Positions 38,245-48,899 of a stretch of DNA of 64,000 bases are shown here, in pieces. This DNA is from an uncultured Verrucomicrobiae bacterium (GTDB lineage Bacteria; Verrucomicrobiota; Verrucomicrobiia; Chthoniobacterales; UBA10450). The notes beneath the pieces were generated by a model, which saw nothing but the letters and a program-made list of their open reading frames with translations, did no database searches and was not told the DNA's origin. Numbering within the stretch: the first letter of the stretch is position 1; every line of letters starts with the position of its first letter. Where the stretch lies: positions 202,472 through 266,471 of the forward strand of contig CAVWVT010000015.1 in the NCBI GenBank assembly GCA_963758535.1, read 5' to 3'. The translations under genes were made by a program, and so were the position numbers.

Positions 38245-39429
38245 ATGGCAAAGGAAGCATTTAAACGCGATAAGCCGCACATCAACGTCGGCACAATCGG
38301 ACACGTGGACCACGGCAAAACAACGCTGACGGCCGCGATCACCAGCGTACTGGCCAAGAAAGGCATGGCGGAAGTGCGCGCTTACGATTCAATCGATAAC
38401 GCGCCGGAAGAAAAAGAGCGCGGTATCACGATCAACACCGCGCACGTGGAATATCAAAGCGACAAGCGCCATTACGCGCACGTCGATTGCCCCGGCCACG
38501 CGGACTACGTCAAGAACATGATCACGGGTGCGGCGCAGATGGACGGCGCGATTCTCGTCGTTAGCGCGGCGGACGGCCCGATGCCGCAAACTCGCGAACA
38601 CATTCTGCTCGCGCGCCAGGTTGGCGTGCCGGCGATCGTCGTTTTCCTGAACAAGGTCGACATGGTCGACGATCCGGAATTGCTCGATCTCGTTGAGATG
38701 GAAGTGCGCGATCTGCTCACGCAATACGAATTTCCCGGAGACAAAATTCCGATCGTCAAAGGCAGCGCGCTTAAGGCGCTCAATGGCGATCCTGAGCAGG
38801 AGCAGAAGATTCTCGATCTCGTCGCTGCGGTGGACGATTACATCCCCGTGCCGGATCGGCCGATCGATCAGCCGTTCCTGATGCCGGTGGAAGACGTGTT
38901 CAACATTGAAGGCCGCGGCACCGTCGCGACTGGTCGTGTCGAGCGCGGCATTCTCAAGAAAATGGAGGAAGTCGAAATCGTCGGCATCAGAGATACCGCG
39001 AAGACGACCGCAACCGACATCGAAATGTTCCGCAAGCTTCTCGACGAAGCGCGCGCGGGCGACAACGTCGGTGTGCTGCTCCGCGGCACGAAGAAAGAGG
39101 ACGTGGAGCGCGGACAGGTCATTGCCAAGCCGGGGACGATCAAACCGCACAAGAAATTTAAGGCGGAAGTTTACGTGTTGAGCAAAGAGGAGGGTGGCCG
39201 TCACACGCCGTTCTTCACCAACTACCGGCCGCAATTTTATTTCCGAACCACGGACGTGACTGGGACAGTGAAATTGCCGGACGGCGTCGAAATGGTTATG
39301 CCGGGCGACAACGTGGCGGTCGAAGTGGAATTGATCACACCGATCGCGATGGAAAAGACAATCCGCTTCGCTATTCGCGAGGGCGGCAAAACCGTCGGCG
39401 CTGGTCGCGTAAGTGAAATTGCGGACTAA
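38245..39429 (+). CDS. tuf: Elongation factor Tu
   Basis: [22 protein letters not shown] and full-length EF-Tu identity. 394 aa. Confidence 0.98.
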   Translation: MAKEAFKRDKPHINVGTIGHVDHGKTTLTAAITSVLAKKGMAEVRAYDSIDNAPEEKERGITINTAHVEYQSDKRHYAHVDCPGHADYVKNMITGAAQMDGAILVVSAADGPMPQTREHILLARQVGVPAIVVFLNKVDMVDDPELLDLVEMEVRDLLTQYEFPGDKIPIVKGSALKALNGDPEQEQKILDLVAAVDDYIPVPDRPIDQPFLMPVEDVFNIEGRGTVATGRVERGILKKMEEVEIVGIRDTAKTTATDIEMFRKLLDEARAGDNVGVLLRGTKKEDVERGQVIAKPGTIKPHKKFKAEVYVLSKEEGGRHTPFFTNYRPQFYFRTTDVTGTVKLPDGVEMVMPGDNVAVEVELITPIAMEKTIRFAIREGGKTVGAGRVSEIAD

Positions 39430-39434
39430 TTGAT

Positions 39435-39516
39435 CTTCCTCTACCTCTCCCTTTTCTCTGCTCTCTGAGCGGAGCCAGGGGAGAGGAGATTAAGAGGAAG
39501 CGGAAGAGGAAGAATA
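39435..39516. other. Polypyrimidine/polypurine inverted repeat (long imperfect hairpin) between tuf and tRNA-Trp
   Basis: CTTCCTCTACCTCTCCCTTTTCTCTGCTCTCT ... GGGGAGAGGAGATTAAGAGGAAGCGGAAGAGGAAG. CCTCTCCC pairs with GGGAGAGG and CTTCCTCT with AGAGGAAG. Confidence 0.4.
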
Positions 39517-39520
39517 AATT

Positions 39521-39593
39521 ACGCCAGTAGCTCAATTGGTAGAGTTGCGGTCTCCAAAACCGTCGGTTGGGGGTTCGAGTCCCTCCTGGCGTG
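39521..39593 (+). tRNA. tRNA-Trp (anticodon CCA)
   Basis: Acceptor ACGCCAG/CTGGCGT, anticodon arm GCGGT-CTCCAAA-ACCGT, T loop TTCGAGT. 73 nt. Confidence 0.95.
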
Positions 39594-39612
39594 TTGTTAA
39601 TCGAAAAAGAAA

Positions 39613-39831
39613 ATGATCACCAAAGCCAAGAACTTTTTCAGCGAAGTGAAGGTCGAGCTGCAAAAGGCTTCATGGCCGTGGGACATGAAGGAGCGCGGCT
39701 TTCGTCGCTACAAAGAGCTGACCGATTCCACACTCGTCGTTCTCATCGCCATGCTACTGCTCGGCGGTTACGTCGCGCTCTTTGATTTCGTTCTCGTGAA
39801 CGTCGTGCATTACTTCACCCGCTTGCATTGA
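39613..39831 (+). CDS. secE: Preprotein translocase subunit SecE
   Basis: FFSEVKVELQKASWP plus a single C-terminal TM. Conserved position between tRNA-Trp and nusG. Confidence 0.9.
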   Translation: MITKAKNFFSEVKVELQKASWPWDMKERGFRRYKELTDSTLVVLIAMLLLGGYVALFDFVLVNVVHYFTRLH

Positions 39832-39833
39832 TT

Positions 39834-40403
39834 ATGGCGCACACGCTCTCCGCAAAAGATCAGTGGTTCGTCGTGCACGTGCTTTCCGGTCAGGAAAACA
39901 AAGTGCGCGAGAACATCGAGAAACGCGTCAAGACGGAAGAGATGAGCGACGTGATTTTCGAAGTTCTCGTTCCGACTGAGCGCGTTTCGGAAATCAAGAA
40001 GGGAAAGAAAAGCGAGACGACGCGAAAATTTTTCCCAGGCTATCTCATCGTGAACATGCATTTGCTCGATGAGAATAATCAGCTGGTCGGTCGCACATGG
40101 TACTTCATTCGCGATACTCCCGGAGTGATTGGATTCGCTGGAACGAAAGACAAACCGATCCCGATGCGGCAATCGGAAGTCGACAACATGCTCGCGCAAA
40201 TGAAAGAGCGCGAAGAAAAGGTAAAACCGAAAGTCAGTTTCGAGGTCGGCGAAACCGTCAAAGTCGCAGACGGTCCTTTCCAAAATCAAAACGGCATTGT
40301 CGAAGAGATCGATCCGGAGCGCGGGAAGTTGCGCGTGTCGGTCACGATTTTCGGCCGCGCTACGCCAGTCGAATTGGAATACTGGCAGGTAGAGCGCGGA
40401 TGA
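39834..40403 (+). CDS. nusG: Transcription termination/antitermination factor NusG
   Basis: WFVVHVLSGQENKVRENIEKR, KFFPGYLIVNM, KOW motif FEVGETVKVADGPFQNQNGIVEEID. Confidence 0.95.
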   Translation: MAHTLSAKDQWFVVHVLSGQENKVRENIEKRVKTEEMSDVIFEVLVPTERVSEIKKGKKSETTRKFFPGYLIVNMHLLDENNQLVGRTWYFIRDTPGVIGFAGTKDKPIPMRQSEVDNMLAQMKEREEKVKPKVSFEVGETVKVADGPFQNQNGIVEEIDPERGKLRVSVTIFGRATPVELEYWQVERG

Positions 40404-40429
40404 GCATGAAACATCAGGGCGCGCGATGT

Positions 40430-40502
40430 GTCATGCTCGAAGCGAAGCGAAGCATCTCACATTATCTGAGATCGCGAGATCCTTCACTTCGTTCAGGATG
40501 AC
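40430..40502. repeat. Family-2 inverted-repeat element between nusG and rplK
   Basis: GTCATGCTCGAAGCGAAGCGAAGCATCTC ... GAGATCCTTCACTTCGTTCAGGATGAC. Confidence 0.8.
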
Positions 40503-40511
40503 AAATTAAGT

Positions 40512-40937
40512 ATGGCAAAAGAAATTGTCGCTCACATCAAATTGCAGATTCCCGCGGGACAGGCGAACCCCGCGCCTCCCGTCGGCACCGCCCTCGGACC
40601 GCGCGGCGTCAACATCATGGCGTTCTGCAAGGAATTTAATGCCGCCACCCAAAAGCAGGCCGGCGACATTTTGCCTGTCGTCATTACGGTTTTTAAAGAC
40701 AAGTCGTTTACTTTCATCACCAAAAGTCCGCCGGCGGCGATCCTGCTGAAGAAAGCTGCGAATATCGCGGCTGGTTCCAAGGAGCCTAACAAGATAAAGG
40801 TCGGCAAAGTCACCCGTAAACAGGTGATGGACATCGTAAAGACGAAGCAGAAGGACCTGAACTCGCGCAGCGACGAAGCCGCGTTTCGCGTCATTGCCGG
40901 CACTGCTCGCCAGATGGGTCTCGAGATCGTAGATTAA
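40512..40937 (+). CDS. rplK: 50S ribosomal protein L11
   Basis: [35 protein letters not shown]. 141 aa. Confidence 0.97.
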   Translation: MAKEIVAHIKLQIPAGQANPAPPVGTALGPRGVNIMAFCKEFNAATQKQAGDILPVVITVFKDKSFTFITKSPPAAILLKKAANIAAGSKEPNKIKVGKVTRKQVMDIVKTKQKDLNSRSDEAAFRVIAGTARQMGLEIVD

Positions 40938-41008
40938 TTCAGCCGCGGATCGGGGAGAAGTCGCCGAAACGACCTTCTACAATCTAGAGGTATTCCAAGC
41001 TGGGTCTT

Positions 41009-42697
41009 TCAATTTCCTGGCTCAGCCCTGCCTAAATATTCCCATTGCTGCAGCGCAATCGGCACATTGCCGTTTTTCCAGACGAAATCGTGGAAGGCGC
41101 GGAGGCTGAACTTGTCTCCCTGCTGCATTCGTGCTTCGGCAAGAAATTTCATGATTTGAAGTTTGCCGATCTGGTAGGTGAGCGCCTGTCCCGGGCCCGT
41201 TGAAAAGGCGATTGCTTCCTGGCGCGCGGTGCCTGTGTCCATCGGCACTTTTTGTTCGAGATATTTCGCGGCCTGCTCGAGCGTGAATTCGCCGAGCGCC
41301 AGTTTCACATCCACTTCCACGCGCAGCGCACGCAAACGCATGAAATTGTAAATGATCTCGCGTGTATGCGGACTGTCGTCGAACAAACCGGCCTGCAACA
41401 TCATTTCTTCGGCGTAAAAACCGATCCCTTCGTTCGCCCCCGAGTCGTAATAATGGCGCCGGATCGCGTCTTCGTGTTTCCACGAAAGGCAGAGTTGAAA
41501 ATAATGGCCGGGAATTCCTTCGTGCACGGTGATCGGTCGCGGATCCTGCGCAGTTGCGCGCCAGAAATAACCGAGATGCGGTGACGGCGGGTCGAGATAG
41601 CGGATGCAGTTCTCTCCTAAACGCGACGCCGAAGTGAAGTCATCCAATTCGCCAAATCCTTCAAGCGCGTGCAAATACCCTGGCATCGGTCGCAGCGTGT
41701 AGTGTTGAACCCAATCGGGAACAGTGAGGACGCCGTGCTCGTCAAGAAATCTGCGGATCTCATTTTCCTTTGCGGCGGTGTCCTTTATCCAGCTGTCAGT
41801 GTCTTTCGCTAAAGAAAGCGGTGGAACTTTGCGATTCCGTTCCTTCTCGTAGGTCTCGAATGCGACCGCGCGATTCCATTCCTGCCGGCCCATCGCCAGG
41901 ATTTCTTCTGGTGAATAGGGATAGAGCGCGACGTTTTTGAGAAAGAAGACGTAAGCATCGCGGCCGAGCGCCGTTTCGTTAGGGAGCGACGGTAACCACT
42001 CCTGCAACTTTTGCCGAAAATGTTCGAGCGCATCTGCGGCGCGATCAGTTGCGCCGTTTAATGCATCTTGTTTGAGAGTTGTCGATTTTACCAATGCGAG
42101 CGCCATCTCCCGCAGCCGTGGCCGGATATTTTCAAGCGCATCAATCGCAACACTGGCAAATGGTGCCGGTGGCGTGACGAGGTTCGCTTCGCCCTCCTTT
42201 AAAATTACCGGAATGTTTTCAATGCGGACAAGAATCTCGCGACTGCGCGCTTCATCGTACGGCGCCGGAACGGTCAGCGCTTCAACCAGCGCCGTGAGCG
42301 TCTGTTCGATGTAGAAATTAGGATCGCGTTTCCAGCGTGGATTAATGTCGAGCTCCCAACGCACGCGCGCCAAAGCGGAACCGATCAGCCGATAATCGAC
42401 TTGCTTGGGAATCGGCCAGCCGCTGATCTCGACTTTCTTCCATCGCGCTTCAAACTCAGATAACTCCTCACGGTGTTTGTCGATTGCGGCTTGCGACCAG
42501 TCGCGCATCCCGCCCGGACGCTCGATTCGATTCACATCGTCACCGGTGAACGGCGCGTATTTTGCGCGCCACGTCCAGAAATCCGCCGCCAGAACCTTCA
42601 AATCGCGATCATCCGAAATGCTGGCAGATGGTTGAGAGTTCGCGCTGGAAATCAATGCGGTGACGAACAGAATTGATAGTGTCGGATTATTTCTCAT
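41009..42697 (-). CDS. DUF885 family secreted protein (second copy)
   Basis: Signal peptide MRNNPTLSILFVTALISSANS. HEGIPGHYFQ motif. Intact. Confidence 0.85.
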   Translation of the reverse strand: MRNNPTLSILFVTALISSANSQPSASISDDRDLKVLAADFWTWRAKYAPFTGDDVNRIERPGGMRDWSQAAIDKHREELSEFEARWKKVEISGWPIPKQVDYRLIGSALARVRWELDINPRWKRDPNFYIEQTLTALVEALTVPAPYDEARSREILVRIENIPVILKEGEANLVTPPAPFASVAIDALENIRPRLREMALALVKSTTLKQDALNGATDRAADALEHFRQKLQEWLPSLPNETALGRDAYVFFLKNVALYPYSPEEILAMGRQEWNRAVAFETYEKERNRKVPPLSLAKDTDSWIKDTAAKENEIRRFLDEHGVLTVPDWVQHYTLRPMPGYLHALEGFGELDDFTSASRLGENCIRYLDPPSPHLGYFWRATAQDPRPITVHEGIPGHYFQLCLSWKHEDAIRRHYYDSGANEGIGFYAEEMMLQAGLFDDSPHTREIIYNFMRLRALRVEVDVKLALGEFTLEQAAKYLEQKVPMDTGTARQEAIAFSTGPGQALTYQIGKLQIMKFLAEARMQQGDKFSLRAFHDFVWKNGNVPIALQQWEYLGRAEPGN

Positions 42698-42800
42698 GTC
42701 GACGAAGCTGTTTTCGGAATTACATCTCGGAATTTTGCGCACGGCAATGTAATCTGCGCCGCGTGGTAATCTTGATTAAAGCATGGTTGGTTCAGGCCTG

Positions 42801-43268
42801 ATGAAAAGACGCGATGAGCACGTGTACCGACGCGGCGAAGGCCTCGTTCTTGTCATTGTCATTATCGCGGTCCTCGGCGGAGTCGCCTGGTATCTCTATT
42901 CAAGTCGGCGCAGCACCGAAAAAGAAGCCTGGGCTTACGCGCGCGAAGTAGCAGAACACATCGCCTTGCAGAGAGACGCGCGCTTCATCGACCTAAATCT
43001 GTCTCCTGAGGCGCAGGTTGATTTTCCACCGTCGTTCCGAGAACGAATCCTGACCAAGCTTGGCGAATTAGGTCCACCGGACAAACGAATCCATCTGACG
43101 GGTAGGGTTACTTTCAGCTCTTACTTTTTTGAACCGCATGGGTCCTTTCGGGCGGAGGTGGGATTTCCAAATGGTCGAGCCTACCTGGATATGGGTCTCT
43201 CTCCCAGCCATGGCCCGTGGCAGATCGAAGCACTTAATCTGACTTGGAATCCGGAGCGAAACTTCTGA
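42801..43268 (+). CDS. Hypothetical membrane-anchored protein
   Basis: MKRRDEHVYRRGEGLVLVIVIIAVLGGVAWYLY then a soluble domain. No recognisable family. Confidence 0.45.
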   Translation: MKRRDEHVYRRGEGLVLVIVIIAVLGGVAWYLYSSRRSTEKEAWAYAREVAEHIALQRDARFIDLNLSPEAQVDFPPSFRERILTKLGELGPPDKRIHLTGRVTFSSYFFEPHGSFRAEVGFPNGRAYLDMGLSPSHGPWQIEALNLTWNPERNF

Positions 43269-45331
43269 GACGTCTTGCCAGAGCGGATCTTCTTTATCCG
43301 GGCATTGTCTTCATCGTCTCGCTGCTGCTCTATACCTGGACGCTGGCACCGACGGTAACACTGGTCGATAGCGGCGAACTCATTGTTGCAGCACACTTTC
43401 TCGGCGTAGCGCATCCGCCCGGTTTTCCCCTTTACATTCTCTTGGCACACATCGCGTCGCTTGTTCCGATTGGGAACATCGCGCAGCGAATCCATTTCGC
43501 TTCGGCGTTTTTCGCGGCGCTGGCTACCGCACTGTTAACACTGGTCACTGCGGAGTTGATTACAACTCATGCCCGCGTTCAAGCGCAGCGTAGACCAAAA
43601 AAGAAAAAAGAACGCCAACCAGTGTCATTACCTTCAGATAATCCTTCTTATATGGCTCTCGCCCCTGCGTTAGCGGCCGGCTTGTTGCTGGCCTGTTCGC
43701 GCACGCTTTGGTCCTACGCCACGATCGCCGAAGTATATACGCTCAACGCGCTCCTCATTATTGCTATTTTTTGGCTTATGGTTAAGTGGCGCCGAAAGAT
43801 TCTGGAGGATGACAGGACGTCTGTTTCAAAACGGCCACCTCCTATTCGTGATCACGATTGGTTGCTTTATCTTGCCGCTGGAGTCTTTGGATTGGCGCTC
43901 GGTGTCCACCACGTCACTGTCGCCTTGATGTTGCCGGCCATGGCGCTGCTGGTTTGGGCGACGCAAGGCGCGCAATTTTTCGCAAGCAAAAGAATACTCT
44001 ACGCTGCGATCCTGGCATTCGGGGCGTTATTTATCGTTTATAGCTACCTGCCGATCGCGGCATCGCGCGATCCGATAATAAACTGGGGAAACCCACGCTC
44101 GCTCCAGGCGATTTGGGCGCATATTACAGGCAAACAGTATCAGGTATTCTTATCTTTCGACTCTAAGATAATCGGCGGGCAGTTAGTTACGTTTGGCAGA
44201 CTTCTCTTGCGTGAATTTGGTCCGTGGTGGCTACCAATCACGCCAACTCTGGCGATCGTCGGTCTGGTGCAGCTATTCAAGCACGATCGAGTTACCTTTT
44301 GGTTTCTCAGTTTGCTAGTGATAAGTGATGTCGCTTACGGTGTCAGCTACGTCATTGCAGAAGATAAGGACGCCTATTATTTGCCGGCCTTTATCACGGT
44401 GGCCATCGCCGCCGCTTTTGGTTTGCGCTGGTTGCTCGTCCTGTCTGTCTGCAAACGAAAATCTCTAGCAATGCTGTCGCTGATCACGGCGGTCTGTGTC
44501 TCGGTTCTTCCGGCGGTCGCCTTTGCAGCCAACTGGCCTTTCAACAATCGCCGTCACTATCTTATAGCGCACGATTATGTGGAAAATATCCTCCGATCGA
44601 TGACGCGCGACAGCCTGTTGCTCACGTTAGACTGGCAGGTTGCTTCTCCTATGCTTTACGCCCGTGAGATCGAGCACTTGCGACTCGATGTGAAAGTGGT
44701 GGACATTAATCTGCTGCGACGTTCGTGGTATTTCGATTACCTCAAGCACGCATATCCTAAGATGATCGAACGATCGCGCGATAAGGTAGACAGCTTTGTC
44801 GTTGAGTTGAAACGATGGGATAACGATCCGAAAGCCTACGCCAACGATCCAGCGTTGGCGCAGAAGATTACATCGAAATTCCAGGATATGATCTTCTCGT
44901 TCATCACAAAAGAACAGGAAATCGCGCCCGTTTACATCACCTACGACGTTGTGTTTCAAACAGAACAGAGGGACAAAGAGTTGACTGAGTGGTTAACGAA
45001 TCGATATCAACTTGTCCCCCACGGCCTGATCTTCAAATTGGAAGAAGATCGGAGTTTTCACGATCCCGGTCAGCTGCATCTGGAGACTCGTGGACTCGCT
45101 GACGGAACATTAAAGTTCGAACCGGACGATGTCGTAAGCCTCAAGGTATTACCGGCGTATGAGACCATGCTTATCAATCGCGGGCGTTACCTTAGGTTTT
45201 ACAACCGAAACGAAGAGGCAGCCAAAGCCTTTAAAGATGCGTTGGCGCTTGATCCGAAGCTCGAAGTCGCGCGGAACGGGCTGAATGATAGCACGGAGGA
45301 GCTGCGCAATTCGAGAAGCTCTGTGCCCTGA
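43244..45331 (+). CDS. DUF2723 (TMEM260-like putative glycosyl/mannosyl-transferase) membrane protein with C-terminal TPR
   Basis: TLAPTVTLVDSGELIVAAHFLGVAHPPGFPLYILLAH, multiple TM segments, TPR-like tail. 695 aa, intact. Confidence 0.75.
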   Translation: MESGAKLLRRLARADLLYPGIVFIVSLLLYTWTLAPTVTLVDSGELIVAAHFLGVAHPPGFPLYILLAHIASLVPIGNIAQRIHFASAFFAALATALLTLVTAELITTHARVQAQRRPKKKKERQPVSLPSDNPSYMALAPALAAGLLLACSRTLWSYATIAEVYTLNALLIIAIFWLMVKWRRKILEDDRTSVSKRPPPIRDHDWLLYLAAGVFGLALGVHHVTVALMLPAMALLVWATQGAQFFASKRILYAAILAFGALFIVYSYLPIAASRDPIINWGNPRSLQAIWAHITGKQYQVFLSFDSKIIGGQLVTFGRLLLREFGPWWLPITPTLAIVGLVQLFKHDRVTFWFLSLLVISDVAYGVSYVIAEDKDAYYLPAFITVAIAAAFGLRWLLVLSVCKRKSLAMLSLITAVCVSVLPAVAFAANWPFNNRRHYLIAHDYVENILRSMTRDSLLLTLDWQVASPMLYAREIEHLRLDVKVVDINLLRRSWYFDYLKHAYPKMIERSRDKVDSFVVELKRWDNDPKAYANDPALAQKITSKFQDMIFSFITKEQEIAPVYITYDVVFQTEQRDKELTEWLTNRYQLVPHGLIFKLEEDRSFHDPGQLHLETRGLADGTLKFEPDDVVSLKVLPAYETMLINRGRYLRFYNRNEEAAKAFKDALALDPKLEVARNGLNDSTEELRNSRSSVP

Positions 45332-45403
45332 AACGGATAGCTTGCACTCCCCTGTCGAAATCCAGTCTTTTAGTCGACTGCGGACTTAGGACCGTTTTGT
45401 TCA

Positions 45404-48389
45404 TTAGAACGTTTTCGTCAGGCGAGCGTAAACAAATCTGCCGGTCGCGTCGTAGAGAAAGCCGGGATAGTTGATGCTGTTGCCAGACAGGAAGCCAAAC
45501 GCATTCGGCGGATCCTGCCCCAACAGGTTATTGCAACCGACAGTTATGGTCGTGTTGTTTAACAGATTCTTCCAGCAAGGCATGGAGTAGTTTGCCGCTT
45601 GCCCGGTCGCGATAGCCCTGCCATCCTTGCCGCGTGCTACTTCTGCTGCGCCCTTCGAGTACCCGGGGACGGGCTGCGGTTCCACTGGCGAGACGAAGGT
45701 CAGTTCATACGAACCTTGCACATCAAAGAACCATGTTGCATCAACCCAGTGAAACTTACCGGGGCTTGTACCTCCAAACTGAATGCTGTTCAGGAATTGT
45801 TCACGAAACCCGCCCGTGTAGCGAACGGTTCCAGTAATGTCGAAACCATTCCAGGACCATGTCAGATCCGAACGGCCTTTCCATTTTATGTAACCTTCAT
45901 TGCTAAAGTCGTCGGATGGGCGGCTGCTCAGTTCGGGAGCTCGATCGCCCGCGCTTTCCGCGAGACGAAACGAATCCAAATACGTTGCTTCTGTGCGAGA
46001 AGCGAACTCGCCGAAGGATGTTTTCACCTTATATTCGGCAGCAAGGTCAATCCCACGCGCTTGCTCGCGTCCATCGTTGGTAAAAATTCCTTCAACTAAA
46101 GAGATAGACCCGTTTTCGATTAGGACTGTTTCTCCCGGGTGTACGCTGTCCAGAGTTGAACCTCTCGACGATTTCCTGAGGAGAGGGATTCATATTGATC
46201 CGGCCGGTAATCTCCACGTCAAAGAGATCCGCGCTTAGAGTCAATCCGGGAAGGAATTTTGGTGAGTAATCGAATCCGGCGTTAAAGCTCCGCGACCTTT
46301 CTGGTTGTAGGTTGGGATTGCTCTTAACTCTAAACGGCACCCGGGTCGGGAATGGGGTCTCAAATGGGAGCGAAGGGAAGAGATCTATGATTGCGCTCTG
46401 CGAAGTCTGATAAAGCTCTTGCAGGGATGGCTCACGAAAGCCTTCCTGCCAATTCACTCGGATCGTGAACGAGTTGTCGAACGGGTTCCAACGCAGACCT
46501 AGATCAGGCACGGCTGCGTTAGTATCGTTATTTCTCCAGTCTTCGAAGCGTCCCGCCACTTTGAAAGACAGATCATGAAAGCCCGGGATTGCATTTTCGG
46601 TGCTAAAAATAGGGATGTCGGTTTCCGCATAAAGGGCTAGGACCGTTCTGTTCGCATTCGTAAAAGGATCAGGACTAATGATGGGAAAGTTGGGGACGGA
46701 GTTAAAGAATCTCGCAGTTTGCCCGATCAAATCTTTTTCCAGTGCCAGGGTGTCCGGTGCCTGCGAGAGAGTCTCCCGACGAAATTGACCACCGAAGGCG
46801 AATCCGACACCGCCGGCGGGCAGCTTTAAGAGTTGAGTTGCGTAAATGTTCAAATCGATGATAGCTAGCTTCGAAGTATCGACTTCTTTTGGACGGACGG
46901 TCGCAAAAGCAATGGAAGGCGCGTTCGACGGAATCGGCACGCGGAAATCCCCGAATGGATTGTAAGGGATTGTCGTCCCGATGAATTCGGAGGAGGCGGG
47001 ATCAAAGATGAGGTCAGCTGCATTCAGGATGCGATTGAAGCGCGAAACGGAAACGCCGTTCCGGGTTTCTGTATTCTTCACCTGGCTGTAACGGAACGCG
47101 GCGTCATATCCCCAGGTCCCATTGACGAAACCATCTCCTTTGATTCCAATGGTTGAGAAAAAAGCGTCGGTCTCGTTTCGAAAAATTTGATTGCCAAACT
47201 CAGCGAGGCGAGCACGCGTGCTACCGGATATGATTTGGTTGAAAGGATTGAATGGATTGAATGCGTTGGCAGGAACCCCCGTTTCGGCGTGCGTTGGAGT
47301 ATATGGCGGCTCAAGACCCGGCGCGATTGGGGTCCGCGGCGGGATGGCGAGAGTCGTTTGTCCATCGCTTTGGAAATAACCTGTCGGCGGCGGTGCCAGC
47401 TCATTTCGGGTCTTTACATTTTGGTAAAACGCATCTCCATAGACAACCATGGCTTGGTCCCCAAACACCTCGTGTTCGAAGTTGACATAGCCGCCATAGC
47501 GCTCGGACTCGGGAAATGATCCGGTAAACTGATTGGGGTTGAACAAGTTCTTCCTGTTAGCATCATAAACATAATTCGATGCGGGGGCGGTTCCGTTTGT
47601 GAAGGAGGGTGCTTGAGCGAAAGTAAGTGTGGAGAAGTGGGGGCTACCGCCTGCTGCCAGCGCGACCGCCGAACTTACCTGAAGAATGAAAGGACTTGTG
47701 TTCGGGCTGAGACCAGGCGGCTTCGCGGAGTAACCTCGGTCCCGGTTGAAGATCGAGTTTCGATGATAGTAGTCGACAAAGCCGCTGACGTTCGTGTCTT
47801 CGTTACCGACACCAAAGACTAACGAGGCAGACCACTCACTTGAATCTTTGTCGAGAGCATTGCCATACTCGGTCGTCGTTTCGGTACCACGATAATTCTG
47901 GCGCAATACGAGATTTACTGTTCCGGCGACGGCGTTGGCACCGTGTATCGCTGTGCTGCCACCTTTGAGGAGGTCTATACTTTCTATTCCGGCCAGGGGT
48001 ATGGAATAAAGATCAACAAAAGGTTGAGTAAATCCTGCCCCGACAGGATATGGCGCTACGCGTCGAAAATTAACGAGGACTAGCGTGTCGCCCGGGTCCA
48101 TTCCGCGTAGCGAGATCGATGATGCGCCACGGGTCGGATTAGCGGCGCTATTGGAGAGCGGAACGCCGTTAGCATTGGCTAACGGAAGATCGCGCAATAA
48201 TTGTTCGGTCGTGCGTTCCCCGGAGTGGACGATATCTTCAGAATCAAGCCCCGAAACGATTTCCTGCGCGAACACGTTCCATGTCAGAAAGTAAGAAAGC
48301 GCAAACGCCGCGATTAACGTTCTGCTGTAAGAATGTTGGGCGGCTGCGCGGCTACAAATCGATTGAGCAGTCGAGGGGAACGGCCTCAC
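45404..48389 (-). pseudogene. TonB-dependent receptor (~990 aa), one frame change (~46160-46190)
   Basis: ORFs 46092..48389 and 45404..46027 join via ...STLDSVHPGETVLIENGSISLVEGIFTNDGREQARGIDLAAEYKVKTSFGEF... C-terminus GRFVYARLTKTF*. Confidence 0.82.
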
Positions 48390-48468
48390 GCGTCGATAAT
48401 GACCAGCGCGTTAGCATAATGCAAGGGTGTTTAATAAGGTGGTGTTTTGTCTTCTTACTATTTCGTCA

Positions 48469-48762
48469 TTAGCACGGCACACCTTCCACGACGATCATGT
48501 TGGTGTTCGCCGTGCGATGCCGCATCTTGCGCGGTTCGCGATATTCTTCGCAGTTTAGCCATTCTTTCGCACGCGCCACGCTCTCGAACTGAAGAATAAC
48601 AATACGCTTAGGGTGCCAATCGCCTTCGAGTGTCTCGGTTGCGCCGCCGCGCACGATGTATTTGCCGCCGTACTTTTCTACGGTCGCTCCTGCTAGCTTC
48701 TTGTATTCCTCGTAACCAACCGGATCGGTTACGTCGATCTCGACAATGATGTAGCCTGCCAT
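48469..48762 (-). CDS. DUF1330 domain protein
   Basis: MAGYIIVEIDVTDPVGYEEYKKLAGATVEKYGGKYIVRGG...VILQFESVARAKEW. 97 aa. Confidence 0.85.
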   Translation of the reverse strand: MAGYIIVEIDVTDPVGYEEYKKLAGATVEKYGGKYIVRGGATETLEGDWHPKRIVILQFESVARAKEWLNCEEYREPRKMRHRTANTNMIVVEGVPC

Positions 48763-48769
48763 GTTGCAA

Positions 48770-48847
48770 TTGTAGCGACGGTCTCTGACCGTCGCATTTA
48801 TTTTCTCTGGATTCGATTCAGGCGACGGTCATAGACCACCGCTACAA
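48770..48847. repeat. Family-3 palindromic element (TTGTAGCG + GCGACGGTC-nnn-GACCGTCGC arms)
   Basis: TTGTAGCGACGGTCTCTGACCGTCGC ... GGCGACGGTCATAGACCACCGCTACAA. Confidence 0.75.
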
Positions 48848-48899
48848 CAACAGAAAAGTCGCTGGCGCGTATTCAACGACTGCTTTAGAAGAGCTAACG

